This document shows, piece after piece, positions 1-8,889 of a DNA stretch of 32,000 nucleotides. The position numbers and the translations under genes were made by a program. Location of the stretch: positions 1 through 32,000 of the forward strand of contig CAWAIH010000016.1 of assembly GCA_963781915.1 (NCBI GenBank), written 5' to 3'. Each line of letters begins with the position of its first letter. The first letter of the stretch is position 1. The stretch comes from an uncultured Nitrospiraceae bacterium (GTDB lineage: Bacteria; Nitrospirota; Nitrospiria; Nitrospirales; Nitrospiraceae). Under the pieces are notes generated by a model that worked only from the letters and a program-made list of their open reading frames with translations, was not told the origin of the DNA and searched no databases.

Positions 1-19
1 GCTTGGGCCACTCAAAGAA

Positions 20-1096
20 TTAGTTATTCGATGGCTGCGCAGACGGAATCTTATACACCCAATAGGCTCCCTGTTTATGGACCAACTGGACGGCTTTAAA
101 TTCGAGCGGCTGCGAGGTCGTCATGGGCAGCATCTGTGCGAGCAGCGTATTATCGCTCTTAGCATCGGTGAGGAAGTAGGCGCGCACTAAACTCTCCGAG
201 AGTCCATACACCGCTTGGGAGGTGTAGTTGTTGTCCATTTGCCAACGCTTCACCATCGCGCTTAGACCATGCACATCCCCACCCTTCAAGGGGAAGTCCT
301 TGTAGGCGACACCGATGCGATCGGGGCGCATCTGCCCAAGTTTGTAGATGTCCGAGACGTGAACCACGACATAGGTTTCGCGCCCGCCAGTCAGCTCACG
401 CAGCATCGCTGCACCCTCTGTTGACTCTGCTGATAGGGCGTCAGCAAAGCGTTGGAATTTCCCCTTCTCTTCTGCGCTTACTGTAGAGCCCCAGAACTCG
501 CGTTCGTATTTCTCGATCGCCTCGATTCGCGGTCGCCAGAGCGACGGCGTGATAAGAGGTCCACTGAGATGGGAGGTGAACACCGTCTCTAACCCGGTCA
601 AGAGCTGAATCTGACGCGAGGTGTCCCACCAGGCAAGAATGGCAGCGCCTTTCGGCACATGCTTAGCAATCACTGGCGCCAACAGGGTCAGCTCGGAGAG
701 CTTACTGTCGACGAAAATCAATGGATCGCCGGTGTAATTTTCCCAGGCGAGCATAACGGGCTTTGAATTTCCGCGGCGGGCAAGATAGGCTACAGCTACC
801 GGTTCGTCCACACCCTCTACTCGAATCTCTTGCTTGCTGATGACAAGGTCAGGCCAAGCATCTAGTCCAAGCTTGCTGAACTTATCAATACCGCCCTCTT
901 CCACTAAGCGGTAGTGATACGGCGCTGGGCCTGGACTGAACCACATAAATGCAAACCAACCTAGCATAAGAAGTCCTCCCGCCACTAGGACTATTCCTAG
1001 TGACGGGAGGACTCTACTACTTGGTCGCGTCAGCGCTGCTTCCATCGTCTGCGCTGCGCTAGTTGTCACCGCTGGTTCTTCTTGCGTCTGCTCCAT
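20..1096 (-). CDS. haoB: HaoB-like membrane protein encoded directly downstream of haoA (hydroxylamine oxidoreductase-associated, orf2 type)
   Basis: 358-aa ORF with one N-terminal hydrophobic helix ([24 protein letters not shown]) followed by a large soluble domain. It lies immediately 3' of octaheme haoA on the same strand, as in the haoA-haoB arrangement of ammonia oxidisers. The start is ambiguous: the ATG at 1096 overlaps haoA by 31 nt, the alternative ATG at 1045 does not overlap, and neither has a clear SD. The call rests on synteny and architecture, not on a diagnostic motif. Confidence 0.65.
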   Translation of the reverse strand: MEQTQEEPAVTTSAAQTMEAALTRPSSRVLPSLGIVLVAGGLLMLGWFAFMWFSPGPAPYHYRLVEEGGIDKFSKLGLDAWPDLVISKQEIRVEGVDEPVAVAYLARRGNSKPVMLAWENYTGDPLIFVDSKLSELTLLAPVIAKHVPKGAAILAWWDTSRQIQLLTGLETVFTSHLSGPLITPSLWRPRIEAIEKYEREFWGSTVSAEEKGKFQRFADALSAESTEGAAMLRELTGGRETYVVVHVSDIYKLGQMRPDRIGVAYKDFPLKGGDVHGLSAMVKRWQMDNNYTSQAVYGLSESLVRAYFLTDAKSDNTLLAQMLPMTTSQPLEFKAVQLVHKQGAYWVYKIPSAQPSNN

Positions 1097-2775
1097 CCGG
1101 CGAGCGCGAGCGTGCCGGTCAGCAACAATCCGCCGCCCACGCTGCCGAGCGTAAGCTTCCCGTCCGTGCTATCAAAATCCAGCAGGCTACCCGTCTTGCT
1201 CTGCTCGAGTTTGGCCACACGTTCCATCAGCATCAGCCTATCCTTAAGCTTGGTGTCCTCGTCCATGATTTCGACATAAGCCCGGTTCATCGCTGCCCAG
1301 CCGACAGTGTAGGTGAACCCTGGATATTGGTGCGCGAGACTGACGTGCAGTTGCACCAGATGGTCCTCAGCCATTTCGAAGAGCTTGAGCTCGATGGCTG
1401 TAGGGCTGTTGCCCTTCGACCAGTAGATCTGCCAAAACTGGTCGAACTGGGCCTTAGCCGGCGCTGGAGGGGCAGGCCGGTTGTTCCTCTGACCGGTGAG
1501 GAGTCTAGCGTCATACTGCTTACGGACGACGTTGTGCGCCTCATCGTATTTATCGAGTCCTTCAGAGGTGCCGTTGTCCATAAACTCCAACCATGCGCGC
1601 GCGAAGCTCTCGGAGTGGCACGTTGTGCAGGTCTTGACCCACGCATCCAGGCGCTTCTGGCCCCATTCGCCAAATACAGGTTCTCTAATGCCAGGCACGA
1701 AGGGATAGTTCGCCCAGCGAACCTTACGCACCGTGTTGTGGCTGAATTTGCCCTGGTACTCCATATGACAGCTCTGGCAGGTAGGGAAGCGCTGCCCGCC
1801 CTTGGCAATTGCATCCTTGAGCTGTATATTCCAATTCGTTTGATCTTTAGAGGCCTGGTACCCCAGCCCATGCTGCGACCCGTTGTAGGCCTCCCAGTTG
1901 TTGTGGTCGGCGCCGCTGTGACAGGTGCCGCAGGCTTCAGGCTTGCGGGAGTTGGCCACCGAGAATTCGTGCCTGGTATGGCAGTTGTCGCACTTGTTCT
2001 GGTTGGTGTGGCACATTGTGCAGCCGTCAGCGATCTCACGCTGCGACATTCCGGCGTAGATATCCGTCTCGACGTTGGCCCTGTAATCCAGCGCGTGCGA
2101 CGGGCGGCCCCTCGGCCACTGGTTTTTCGGCCACAAGATCGTGTCGCGCTCGGACTCGCGCTCGGCATATTCTTGTAGATGGCAGTTGCCGCACACATCG
2201 GCAGTGGGCATCTTCAGGTCGACCCGGTGATCGGCCTTCTTCTTCGTGTTGATGTCCACGTGGCAATCGATGCAGCCAACTTCCTTCAGCGATTCGGTGG
2301 CACCGAGTTTGCCCAGGGAGCGGAGGTTCTTCTCGACGTCCTCCAGCTTCGCCTTCTTATAGTAGGTGTCATCCTTGGGGGTCAGCTTGCGAATCTTGTC
2401 AAGATTGGCGTGGACACTCTTTTTCCAAAGTACCACCCACCCAGGCGACTCATCGGTGTGGCATTTCACGCACTGCTCGCGCGTCGCAATATCCTTGACT
2501 GATGTCGGGGGCTTGTAGAACGACATTGGGTCGAAATACTTGCTCATTGGGATCGGCTCCCAATACTGGCCGTACTGCCCTTTCCCCGCGCCTCTGCCTG
2601 GATCCACGAAGCGCTTCGTCAACGCCTCATGCAACTCCTTGGGGCTGGCGGACCGATCAAGGTTCAGCGCCTCGTAGGTTTCCTTGGGGACGCTGGGGAA
2701 GTCCGCCTGAGCTGTTGCCGCAAGCAACACCCCGCAAACTACCAGGCCACATCTCAACCAGAATTTGTTGGTCAT
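1066..2775 (-). CDS. haoA: Hydroxylamine oxidoreductase, octaheme cytochrome c subunit
   Basis: Eight CxxCH heme-binding motifs read directly from the translation: CVKCH, CIDCH, CGNCH, CTMCH, CDNCH, CGTCH, CQSCH, CTTCH. Sec-type signal peptide [24 protein letters not shown]. The ATG at 2775 is preferred over the GTG at 2790 because GGGAGG lies 7 nt upstream of it. haoB is adjacent. The C-terminus has a hydrophobic stretch followed by a basic tail. Confidence 0.95.
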   Translation of the reverse strand: MTNKFWLRCGLVVCGVLLAATAQADFPSVPKETYEALNLDRSASPKELHEALTKRFVDPGRGAGKGQYGQYWEPIPMSKYFDPMSFYKPPTSVKDIATREQCVKCHTDESPGWVVLWKKSVHANLDKIRKLTPKDDTYYKKAKLEDVEKNLRSLGKLGATESLKEVGCIDCHVDINTKKKADHRVDLKMPTADVCGNCHLQEYAERESERDTILWPKNQWPRGRPSHALDYRANVETDIYAGMSQREIADGCTMCHTNQNKCDNCHTRHEFSVANSRKPEACGTCHSGADHNNWEAYNGSQHGLGYQASKDQTNWNIQLKDAIAKGGQRFPTCQSCHMEYQGKFSHNTVRKVRWANYPFVPGIREPVFGEWGQKRLDAWVKTCTTCHSESFARAWLEFMDNGTSEGLDKYDEAHNVVRKQYDARLLTGQRNNRPAPPAPAKAQFDQFWQIYWSKGNSPTAIELKLFEMAEDHLVQLHVSLAHQYPGFTYTVGWAAMNRAYVEIMDEDTKLKDRLMLMERVAKLEQSKTGSLLDFDSTDGKLTLGSVGGGLLLTGTLALAGWSRRKKNQR

Positions 2776-2905
2776 TCTTAACCCTCCCACAGATAATAAT
2801 TGCCCTATTTATAAGTCAAGCCACTCTAATGATCGTACGTGTGTATGTGCCGGTATCGCATCCACTATTGTTCATATTAGCGGTTATAATTAGCGTGCTG
2901 CGCAT

Positions 2906-2934
2906 GTATATCGCAGCATAATATTCGATGTCAA
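2906..2934 (-). promoter_or_regulatory. Putative sigma70-type promoter upstream of haoA
   Basis: On the minus strand: TTGACA (2934..2929), a 16-nt spacer, then TGcGATATA (extended -10-like, -10 at 2912..2907). It sits in an AT-rich intergenic region about 130 nt upstream of the haoA ATG. Prediction from sequence only. Confidence 0.35.
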
Positions 2935-3072
2935 TATATTAAGTGAGTTTGGTGTAAAAAAAGTCTCATATTTCTGAATTGGGCAAGTCTAGCGCCATCA
3001 GTATTCGTGTATGGCCAGATGCAAACTATTACGCGTTATAGTAATGAGAGAGAACTCTCTTGGTTCTTGAGA

Positions 3073-3528
3073 CTACGGTCTTTCGCGATCGATGACGACG
3101 GTGACCCCATCTACTCCAGGCTTCACTGGTTGACTCATCCCCTCTAAGTCTCCACTTTGCGGCATAGCCTGGCCGGACTTCGACAGACGAGCCACAATCA
3201 CCACCATTGCGACGTCGGAGAGTGTTCTGGACGGCATCATGCTGTTCGAGTCATCGAGCCGGAACGTAAAGGGCAAGTCTTTCTTCGTCGCCCGCATGAT
3301 CGCCACCGGCATCGGTGGGCCATTCGTCTCACGGGCAAACACAAATAACGTGTCCGTTGCGGACCCCTTGCCGGCAAGGCTCGGCGCAATACTGACCTTG
3401 CCGCTGATCGCAAGCGACTGTCCAGACGACTTGGCCGGCGCTGCCGGTTCCGCATATCCAGTTCCCATTGAAATAAGCAGCACGCCGCAGACCAGCAGAC
3501 TACACCTCAGCCAAAATTTGTTGACCAT
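3073..3528 (-). CDS. Exported stand-alone CcmI/CycH C-terminal-domain protein (151 aa)
   Basis: The ATG at 3528 has GGGAG 7 nt upstream; the longer ORF-track start at 3618 lies inside promoter-like sequence. Signal peptide MVNKFWLRCSLLVCGVLLISMGTGYA. The mature part (GQSLAISGKVSIAPSLAGKGSATDTLFVFARETNGPPMPVAIMRATKKDLPFTFRLDDS...VVIDRERP) differs from the last CcmI domain repeat at about 23 of 116 positions by hand alignment. Confidence 0.75.
   Translation of the reverse strand: MVNKFWLRCSLLVCGVLLISMGTGYAEPAAPAKSSGQSLAISGKVSIAPSLAGKGSATDTLFVFARETNGPPMPVAIMRATKKDLPFTFRLDDSNSMMPSRTLSDVAMVVIVARLSKSGQAMPQSGDLEGMSQPVKPGVDGVTVVIDRERP
3076..3423 (-). repeat. Copy 3 (stand-alone) of the ~350-nt CcmI C-terminal-domain coding repeat
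   Basis: Nucleotide and protein similarity to 3767..4114 and 4160..4504. For example, cgatcgatgacgacggtga occurs near the 3' end of all three copies. Confidence 0.85.
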
Positions 3529-3601
3529 GTGCATACTCCCCGTTTGTAAAAACACATCCCTACGCTCTTGAGTAAACTTATCGCTTAGCGAACAGCGCGC
3601 A

Positions 3602-3631
3602 TATATCTCAGCATACATCGGAATATGTCAA
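3602..3631 (-). promoter_or_regulatory. Putative promoter of the stand-alone CcmI-domain gene, homologous to the haoA promoter region
   Basis: On the minus strand: TTGACA (3631..3626), an 18-nt spacer, then TGaGATATA (-10 at 3607..3602). The block ATGCTG[A/C]GATATA...GCGC...CGCTAA is shared with the haoA upstream region. Confidence 0.3.
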
Positions 3632-3763
3632 GTGGGCTTGTGCAATAAATCGGGTGGCTTACTGCAATAAACAGAGCGCCCTAACGATACGTGACGGATC
3701 AGCGGCAGGAGTTATTGCAGCATGCGAGGCAATGGAAGAGAGCGGCATGTGGGCTTCTCGGCG

Positions 3764-5428
3764 TTACGGTCTTTCACGATCGATGACGACGGTGATCCCA
3801 TCCACCCCTGATTGTATCGGCTGACTCGTCCCCTCCAGATCTCCACTCTGGGGCATGGCCTGGCCAGACTTCGAGAGACGGGCGACAATCACCACAGGGC
3901 CTGCGCTGGAAAGTTTTCTGGAGGGCATCGGGCTAGTCGAGTCATCGAGTTGGAACGTAAAGGGCAAATCTTTTTTCGTTGCACGCACGATCGCCACAGG
4001 CATCGGTGGCCCACTCATCTCGCGGGCAAAGACAAACAATGTATCTGTCGCGGATGCTTTGCCGGCTAAACTCGGCGCCACAGTCACCGTACCTCTGATC
4101 GCACGCGGTTGTCCCGTCTGGCTGGCTAGCGGAGCCGGCGCTGCCGATTCTTTATCCATTCTCTCATGATCGATGACGACGGTGATCCCATCCACCCCTG
4201 ATTGTATCGGCTGGCTCGTCCCCTCCAGGTCTCCGCTTTGCGGCATGGCCTGGCCCGACTTTGACAGACGAGCGACAACAACGACCGGTCCTGCGCTGGA
4301 GAGTTTTCTGGACGGCATCGGGCTGGTTGAGTCATCGAGCTGGAACGTAAAGGGCAGATCCTTTTTCGTCGCTCGTACGATCGACACTGGCATGGGAGGG
4401 CCATTCATCTCGCGGGCAAAGACAAACAATGTATCTGTCGGTGATCCCTTGCCGGCCAAGCTGGGCGCCATCGCCACCGTGCCCTTGATTACGCGCGGCT
4501 GCCCGGCTGGCTGAGCCGGCGCCGCAGGTTCCGTAAGCCCAGACATCATGCTTTGGCCACCACCGAGTTGGCTCCGGGCCTCTTCGATAGCGGCCGTCAG
4601 TTGCTGTGTCATTTCCGGATCTACGTCCGCAGGAAGGTTTGCACGAGCTTGCTCCCAGTCCTTCGCCGCACGCGCAAAGTTTTTCCGATGGAACGCCACA
4701 GTCCCTGCCAGCATCAGTGCCTTCACATTGCGTGGATCGATCTTCAGCGCCTGCTGAATAAGGACTTCGGGTTTCCCCTCCAACTTGCGACCATGGACGA
4801 CACCCAAGGTATCGGCATAGTCGGCGAGTAACTGGGCATCATCGGGAATCAGTCCTACCGCTTTCTCATAGATCGACACGGCTTCGGCATGGCGCCCCAG
4901 TCCTACGTATGAACGCGCGAGCAACCCCCATCCCACACCATCATTCGGATTCTGCTCCATTTTCTGCTTGAGTCGCTCGACCAATCCTTCAAGTGCGTCA
5001 TCGGACGCATGCGCGCCTTCTGGCCCCCCTTGCGCAGACAACGAGGCCGCGGTTGGCTGCATCATGGCAAGTGGATTCCCCAGTTCCCAATAGAGCAACC
5101 CACTGACAACCGGAACAATGATGGCCAGTGCAATCGCAACCGGCCGGCTGCTTGCCTGGCGTACTGCCCTTGCGGGCGCCGTCTCCGTGGTGCCTGTTTC
5201 CTCCAGCAGACGACGTTCAAGCTCACGCCGCGCCTGCTCATACAATTCGTCGGTGAGCACACCGTTGGCGCGATCTTGCCCTAATTCAGCGAACTGCTGC
5301 CGGAAAATAGACAACGTCTTTTCCTGCTCTCCCGTTACGGCGACTGTGCGTTTCAGCAATGGCCACAACAGGAGAACGAGAATGAGAAGGGTCATGCTCG
5401 ATGCGATCAGCCAAAATATGATGGTCAA
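3764..5428 (-). CDS. ccmI: Cytochrome c maturation protein CcmI (CycH) with a duplicated C-terminal domain
   Basis: The N-terminal TM helix MTIIFWLIASSMTLLILVLLLWPLLKR is typical of CcmI. It is followed by a second TM, a TPR-like region (GWGLLARSYVGLGRHAEAVSIYEKAV...ALKIDPRNVKALMLAG), then two tandem ~115-aa C-terminal domains. The TTG start at 5428 forms a TTGA overlap with the ccmH stop. It is the last gene of the ccm operon. Confidence 0.9.
   Translation of the reverse strand: MTIIFWLIASSMTLLILVLLLWPLLKRTVAVTGEQEKTLSIFRQQFAELGQDRANGVLTDELYEQARRELERRLLEETGTTETAPARAVRQASSRPVAIALAIIVPVVSGLLYWELGNPLAMMQPTAASLSAQGGPEGAHASDDALEGLVERLKQKMEQNPNDGVGWGLLARSYVGLGRHAEAVSIYEKAVGLIPDDAQLLADYADTLGVVHGRKLEGKPEVLIQQALKIDPRNVKALMLAGTVAFHRKNFARAAKDWEQARANLPADVDPEMTQQLTAAIEEARSQLGGGQSMMSGLTEPAAPAQPAGQPRVIKGTVAMAPSLAGKGSPTDTLFVFAREMNGPPMPVSIVRATKKDLPFTFQLDDSTSPMPSRKLSSAGPVVVVARLSKSGQAMPQSGDLEGTSQPIQSGVDGITVVIDHERMDKESAAPAPLASQTGQPRAIRGTVTVAPSLAGKASATDTLFVFAREMSGPPMPVAIVRATKKDLPFTFQLDDSTSPMPSRKLSSAGPVVIVARLSKSGQAMPQSGDLEGTSQPIQSGVDGITVVIDRERP
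3767..4114 (-). repeat. Copy 2 (C-terminal repeat inside ccmI) of the CcmI C-terminal-domain coding repeat
   Basis: 116 codons (GQPRAIRGTV...VVIDRERP), differing from copy 1 at about 10 of 115 positions by hand alignment. Confidence 0.9.
4160..4504 (-). repeat. Copy 1 (internal repeat inside ccmI) of the CcmI C-terminal-domain coding repeat
   Basis: 115 codons (GQPRVIKGTV...VVIDHER), separated from copy 2 by a 15-codon linker (MDKESAAPAPLASQT). Confidence 0.9.
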
Positions 5429-5886
5429 GGACGATGAACTCCTTCGGATAACATTTTTTCGACACGGTTATGCTCAGCTTCCGATAATGTCACGTCGATA
5501 ACCTTTTTCTGTCTCCTGCGTAAAGCAAACACTAATCCCGTTGCGCCAACTCCCAATAATAGGAACGGCCCCAGCCAGAGCAACGTAGTCGTGAGCTTCC
5601 ACGGCGGTCGGTATAAGACGAAGTCTCCGTATCGAGTGACGAGAAAATCGATGATCTCCTTGTCGCTCATATCTTTTGCGATCATGTCCCTCACTTCTCG
5701 GCGCAAGTCCTCGGCCAACGGGGCATTCGAGTCGGCCAGCGTCTGGTTCTGACAGACCAGGCAGCGCAGCTCGACGGCGAGGGCTTTCAAACGCGCTTCA
5801 GCCTGCGGGTTCGTCGCGAGGGGCTGGGCCTCGTACGCCAAGGCGAAGCCAGGAAGGAGCAGAATGAACATCCAGAGCCATCTCAT
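5425..5886 (-). CDS. ccmH: Cytochrome c maturation thiol-redox protein CcmH (CycL)
   Basis: LRCLVCQNQTLADSNAPLA contains the CcmH LRCxxC motif. Signal peptide plus a C-terminal TM. ATGA overlap with the ccmG stop. Confidence 0.9.
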   Translation of the reverse strand: MRWLWMFILLLPGFALAYEAQPLATNPQAEARLKALAVELRCLVCQNQTLADSNAPLAEDLRREVRDMIAKDMSDKEIIDFLVTRYGDFVLYRPPWKLTTTLLWLGPFLLLGVGATGLVFALRRRQKKVIDVTLSEAEHNRVEKMLSEGVHRP

Positions 5887-6410
5887 TGCTTCTGCAACTC
5901 CCTGACCAGGGGTAAAATCTTTTTCTCCAAAATATCTTCACGTATCGGGCCAATCTGCTTGTAGCGGATGACCCCCGCCTTATCGATCACATAGGTTTCC
6001 GGCACTCCATAGACTCCGAAATTAATGCCAACGCGTCCCGACTCATCCACGGCGACGACAGGATAGGGATTGCCCCACTCCCTCAACCACGCCAAGGCCT
6101 CACTCCGTTGATCCTTATAGTCCATGCCATAGATGGGCACTTCCCCGGATTGTGCGATACGGATGAGCACCGGGTGCTCTTCCTTACAGCCTCCGCACCA
6201 AGACGCCCAGAAATTGAGCAGCCACACCTTGCCCTTAAGATCATTCGATGAAATCACTTTTCCTGGATCATGGAGCTGCGGCAGCGAAAACTCAGGCGCC
6301 GCCTTTCCGACCAAAGGAGACGGCAATTCGCGCGGGTTGAGGGTCAGCCCGACTGCAAGAAAACCGACCACGACGATGAAGAGCCCAAAGGGGATGAGAA
6401 ACCGGTTCAT
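5883..6410 (-). CDS. ccmG: Periplasmic thiol:disulfide oxidoreductase CcmG/DsbE
   Basis: The WASWCGGCKEEHP motif (WCxxC thioredoxin fold) sits behind an N-terminal anchor MNRFLIPFGLFIVVVGFLAVGL. The ATG at 6410 forms an ATGA overlap with the ccmF stop. The longer ORF-track start at 6545 would overlap ccmF by 139 nt. Confidence 0.9.
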   Translation of the reverse strand: MNRFLIPFGLFIVVVGFLAVGLTLNPRELPSPLVGKAAPEFSLPQLHDPGKVISSNDLKGKVWLLNFWASWCGGCKEEHPVLIRIAQSGEVPIYGMDYKDQRSEALAWLREWGNPYPVVAVDESGRVGINFGVYGVPETYVIDKAGVIRYKQIGPIREDILEKKILPLVRELQKQ

Positions 6411-8398
6411 GAGACAGTCGGGCGTGCCATCTGGGCCGTGGCCGGCACCGCAGCCTCTTTCCGCCGCCAGGCCAGCCGATAGCGCCGATCGCTGACGGCC
6501 AGGACGCCACCCGAGGCCATGACGAGACAGCCTCCCCAGATCCAATCGATGAAGGGCTTATGGTAGAGCCGCACGCTCCAGGCGCCGCCCTCAAGCGGCT
6601 CGCCCAACGACACGTATAGATCGCGCAGCAACCCCGGCGAGATCGCGGCTTCGGTCATCGTCTGGTTCTGGACGAAGTAGCGGCGCTTTTCGGGATACAT
6701 CACTGTCACCTCACGGCCATCCTGGCTCACATGAAACGTCCCCCGCGCCGCCACATAGTTTGGGCCATTGACCTGTTCCGTCCCGTCAAAACGGAACGTA
6801 TAGCCACCGAGCGTGGCCGTCTCACCAACGTTCATCCGCACGTCCTGCTCCACTTCAAAGCCCTTCACCATGGTCACGCCGACGATGAACAGGGCCACTC
6901 CGCAGTGGGCCAGTACCATGCCCCAATAGGCGCGGGGCAGCGTAGCCAGGCGGCCCCCGACGCTGCCGCTCTCGGCCTGGAGCAACCGCTCCCTCAAATC
7001 CACCAAGATCGTCGCCAGAATCCAGAAGGCCAACAAGAGCCCCAGACTGATCAGCGGTGTCCATTGGCCCATAAGCCATGGCACCGCCACGGCAGTCGCC
7101 AGGCTGACGCCGAAGGCCCAGCGCAGGCGGATGGCCAAGGCCGGCAGGCTCGCCTGTTTCCATTGGGCCAGCGGCCCGATCCCCATCAGAAATATGGCGG
7201 GGGTCATCAGGGGGAGAAAGACGGTGTCGAAGTACGGAGGGCCGACCGAGATTTTGCCAAGGTCCAGCGCATCCAAGAACAAGGGATACAGCGTTCCCAG
7301 GAGCACTGAGCCCAAGGCCGCCACCAACAACACATTGTTCGCCAGCAACATCCCTTCGCGTGAGATCAGGGCGAAGCTCCCACCCAGTCCGACTCGAGGC
7401 GCCCGCCAGGCGTACAGGACCAGAGAGCCGCCGATCACCACGGCCAAAAATATGAGAATGAACAAGCCGCGCTTCGGGTCGGTTGCGAACGCATGCACTG
7501 ATGTCAAGACGCCGGAGCGAACTAAGAAGGTTCCGAGCAAACTGAGCGAAAATGCCATAATAGCGAGCAGCACGCTCCAGGCTTTGAAACCACCCCGCTT
7601 ATCAGTCACCGCCAGCGAGTGCATCAAGGCGGTGCCGGCCAGCCAGGGCATGAAAGAGGCGTTTTCGACCGGATCCCAGAACCACCAGCCACCCCATCCC
7701 AGCTCGTAATAGGCCCACCCACTCCCCATCGCAACTCCCACGGTCATAAAACACCAGGCGACTGTGGTCCAGGGGCGAGACCAGCGGGCCCAAGCCGCAT
7801 CCAGCGTGCCCCCCAAGAGCGCGGCGATCGCAAAAGAAAACGCCACGGAGAACCCCACGTACCCCATGTACAGCATCGGCGGATGGATCACCATGCCAGG
7901 ATCTTGCAGCAGGGGATTCAGATCGCGCCCATCGAGTGCGGCAGGTATCAACCGCTCGAACGGATTGGAGACGGTCAACATGAATAAAAGAAATCCCACA
8001 CTGACGAGGCCCATGACGCCCAGGATGCGCGCACGCATCGCCTCTGGCAGATGGGTGGAGAAGAAAGACACAGCGACCATCCAGATGCTGAGGATGAACA
8101 TCCAGAGAAGCAACGAGCCCTCGTGCGCGCCCCAGATGGCTGCGAGGCGATAATGCAGCGGGAGCTGGGAGTTCGACGTGGCTGCGACGTAGAGCACGGA
8201 GAAGTCTTTGTCTGCAAAGGCATACCCCAGGCAACAAAAAGCCAGCAGGACCAGGAGGAATTGCCCTCGCGCCGCCGGCTTCGCAACAGCCATCAGCGAG
8301 GAGTTCCCCACCGCGGCGCCATAGATGGGCAGGCATCCCTGCACCACCGCCACGCAGAGCGCGAGAATCAAGGCATAATGACCAATTTCTGGAATCAT
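6407..8398 (-). CDS. ccmF: Cytochrome c heme lyase subunit CcmF
   Basis: 663-aa polytopic membrane protein with the WWD-type motif WGGWWFWDPVENASFMPWL. Located between ccmE and ccmG. Confidence 0.95.
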   Translation of the reverse strand: MIPEIGHYALILALCVAVVQGCLPIYGAAVGNSSLMAVAKPAARGQFLLVLLAFCCLGYAFADKDFSVLYVAATSNSQLPLHYRLAAIWGAHEGSLLLWMFILSIWMVAVSFFSTHLPEAMRARILGVMGLVSVGFLLFMLTVSNPFERLIPAALDGRDLNPLLQDPGMVIHPPMLYMGYVGFSVAFSFAIAALLGGTLDAAWARWSRPWTTVAWCFMTVGVAMGSGWAYYELGWGGWWFWDPVENASFMPWLAGTALMHSLAVTDKRGGFKAWSVLLAIMAFSLSLLGTFLVRSGVLTSVHAFATDPKRGLFILIFLAVVIGGSLVLYAWRAPRVGLGGSFALISREGMLLANNVLLVAALGSVLLGTLYPLFLDALDLGKISVGPPYFDTVFLPLMTPAIFLMGIGPLAQWKQASLPALAIRLRWAFGVSLATAVAVPWLMGQWTPLISLGLLLAFWILATILVDLRERLLQAESGSVGGRLATLPRAYWGMVLAHCGVALFIVGVTMVKGFEVEQDVRMNVGETATLGGYTFRFDGTEQVNGPNYVAARGTFHVSQDGREVTVMYPEKRRYFVQNQTMTEAAISPGLLRDLYVSLGEPLEGGAWSVRLYHKPFIDWIWGGCLVMASGGVLAVSDRRYRLAWRRKEAAVPATAQMARPTVS

Positions 8399-8406
8399 GT
8401 AGGCTC

Positions 8407-8874
8407 CTAGCGTGGATTGACGACTAACGTGCCGCTGCTCTGGGCCCCTGCGGTCTTGGCCTTGGCGAGCGCGTCCGCCGCTTCCGGCGGCATATAGTTT
8501 TCATCGTGCTTCGCCAGCACCTCACTCGCCAGGAATGCTCCATTGGCAGCGAGTTGACCCTGGGCCACGACACCCTTCCCTTCCTTGAAAAGGTCAGGGA
8601 GTATCCCTTTAAAGGTCACCGGCACTCGTTTCGCCATGTCGGTCACGATAAAATGCACAGTCAGTCCATCGCCTTCGCGGGTGAGACTTCCGGCTTCGAC
8701 CATTCCGCCGATGCGGAAGCTGCGCCCCTGGGGCACGTCCCCATTGGCCGCCTGCGTCGGCGTATAAAAGAACACGAGATTGCTCTGGAACGCATTCAAC
8801 ACCAAGAATGCCGCCACAGCCAACGCACTTAACCCCAAGCCGATCAGGACAAACCGCTTCTTTCGAGGTGTCAT
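8407..8874 (-). CDS. ccmE: Heme chaperone CcmE
   Basis: 155 aa with an N-terminal anchor, an OB-fold-like body and the heme-binding region [12 protein letters not shown] (HxxxY). Confidence 0.95.
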   Translation of the reverse strand: MTPRKKRFVLIGLGLSALAVAAFLVLNAFQSNLVFFYTPTQAANGDVPQGRSFRIGGMVEAGSLTREGDGLTVHFIVTDMAKRVPVTFKGILPDLFKEGKGVVAQGQLAANGAFLASEVLAKHDENYMPPEAADALAKAKTAGAQSSGTLVVNPR

Positions 8875-8889
8875 CGTCTTCGATTCCTC

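Noticed and set aside
1063-2178. 371-aa plus-strand ORF, and other ORFs at 1287..2198, 2179..2502 and 2502..2921, overlapping haoA
   Set aside because: They are antisense or alternative frames of a GC-rich gene whose own frame carries eight CxxCH motifs. Their translations are Arg/Ala/Leu/Pro-rich with no motif, signal or SD.
3764-4504. Tandem CcmI domain repeat as an assembly artefact
   Set aside because: The two copies differ at about 10 of 115 residues and at many synonymous sites, are joined by a unique linker, and keep the frame. A collapsed or expanded-repeat artefact would give identical copies. This still deserves long-read confirmation.
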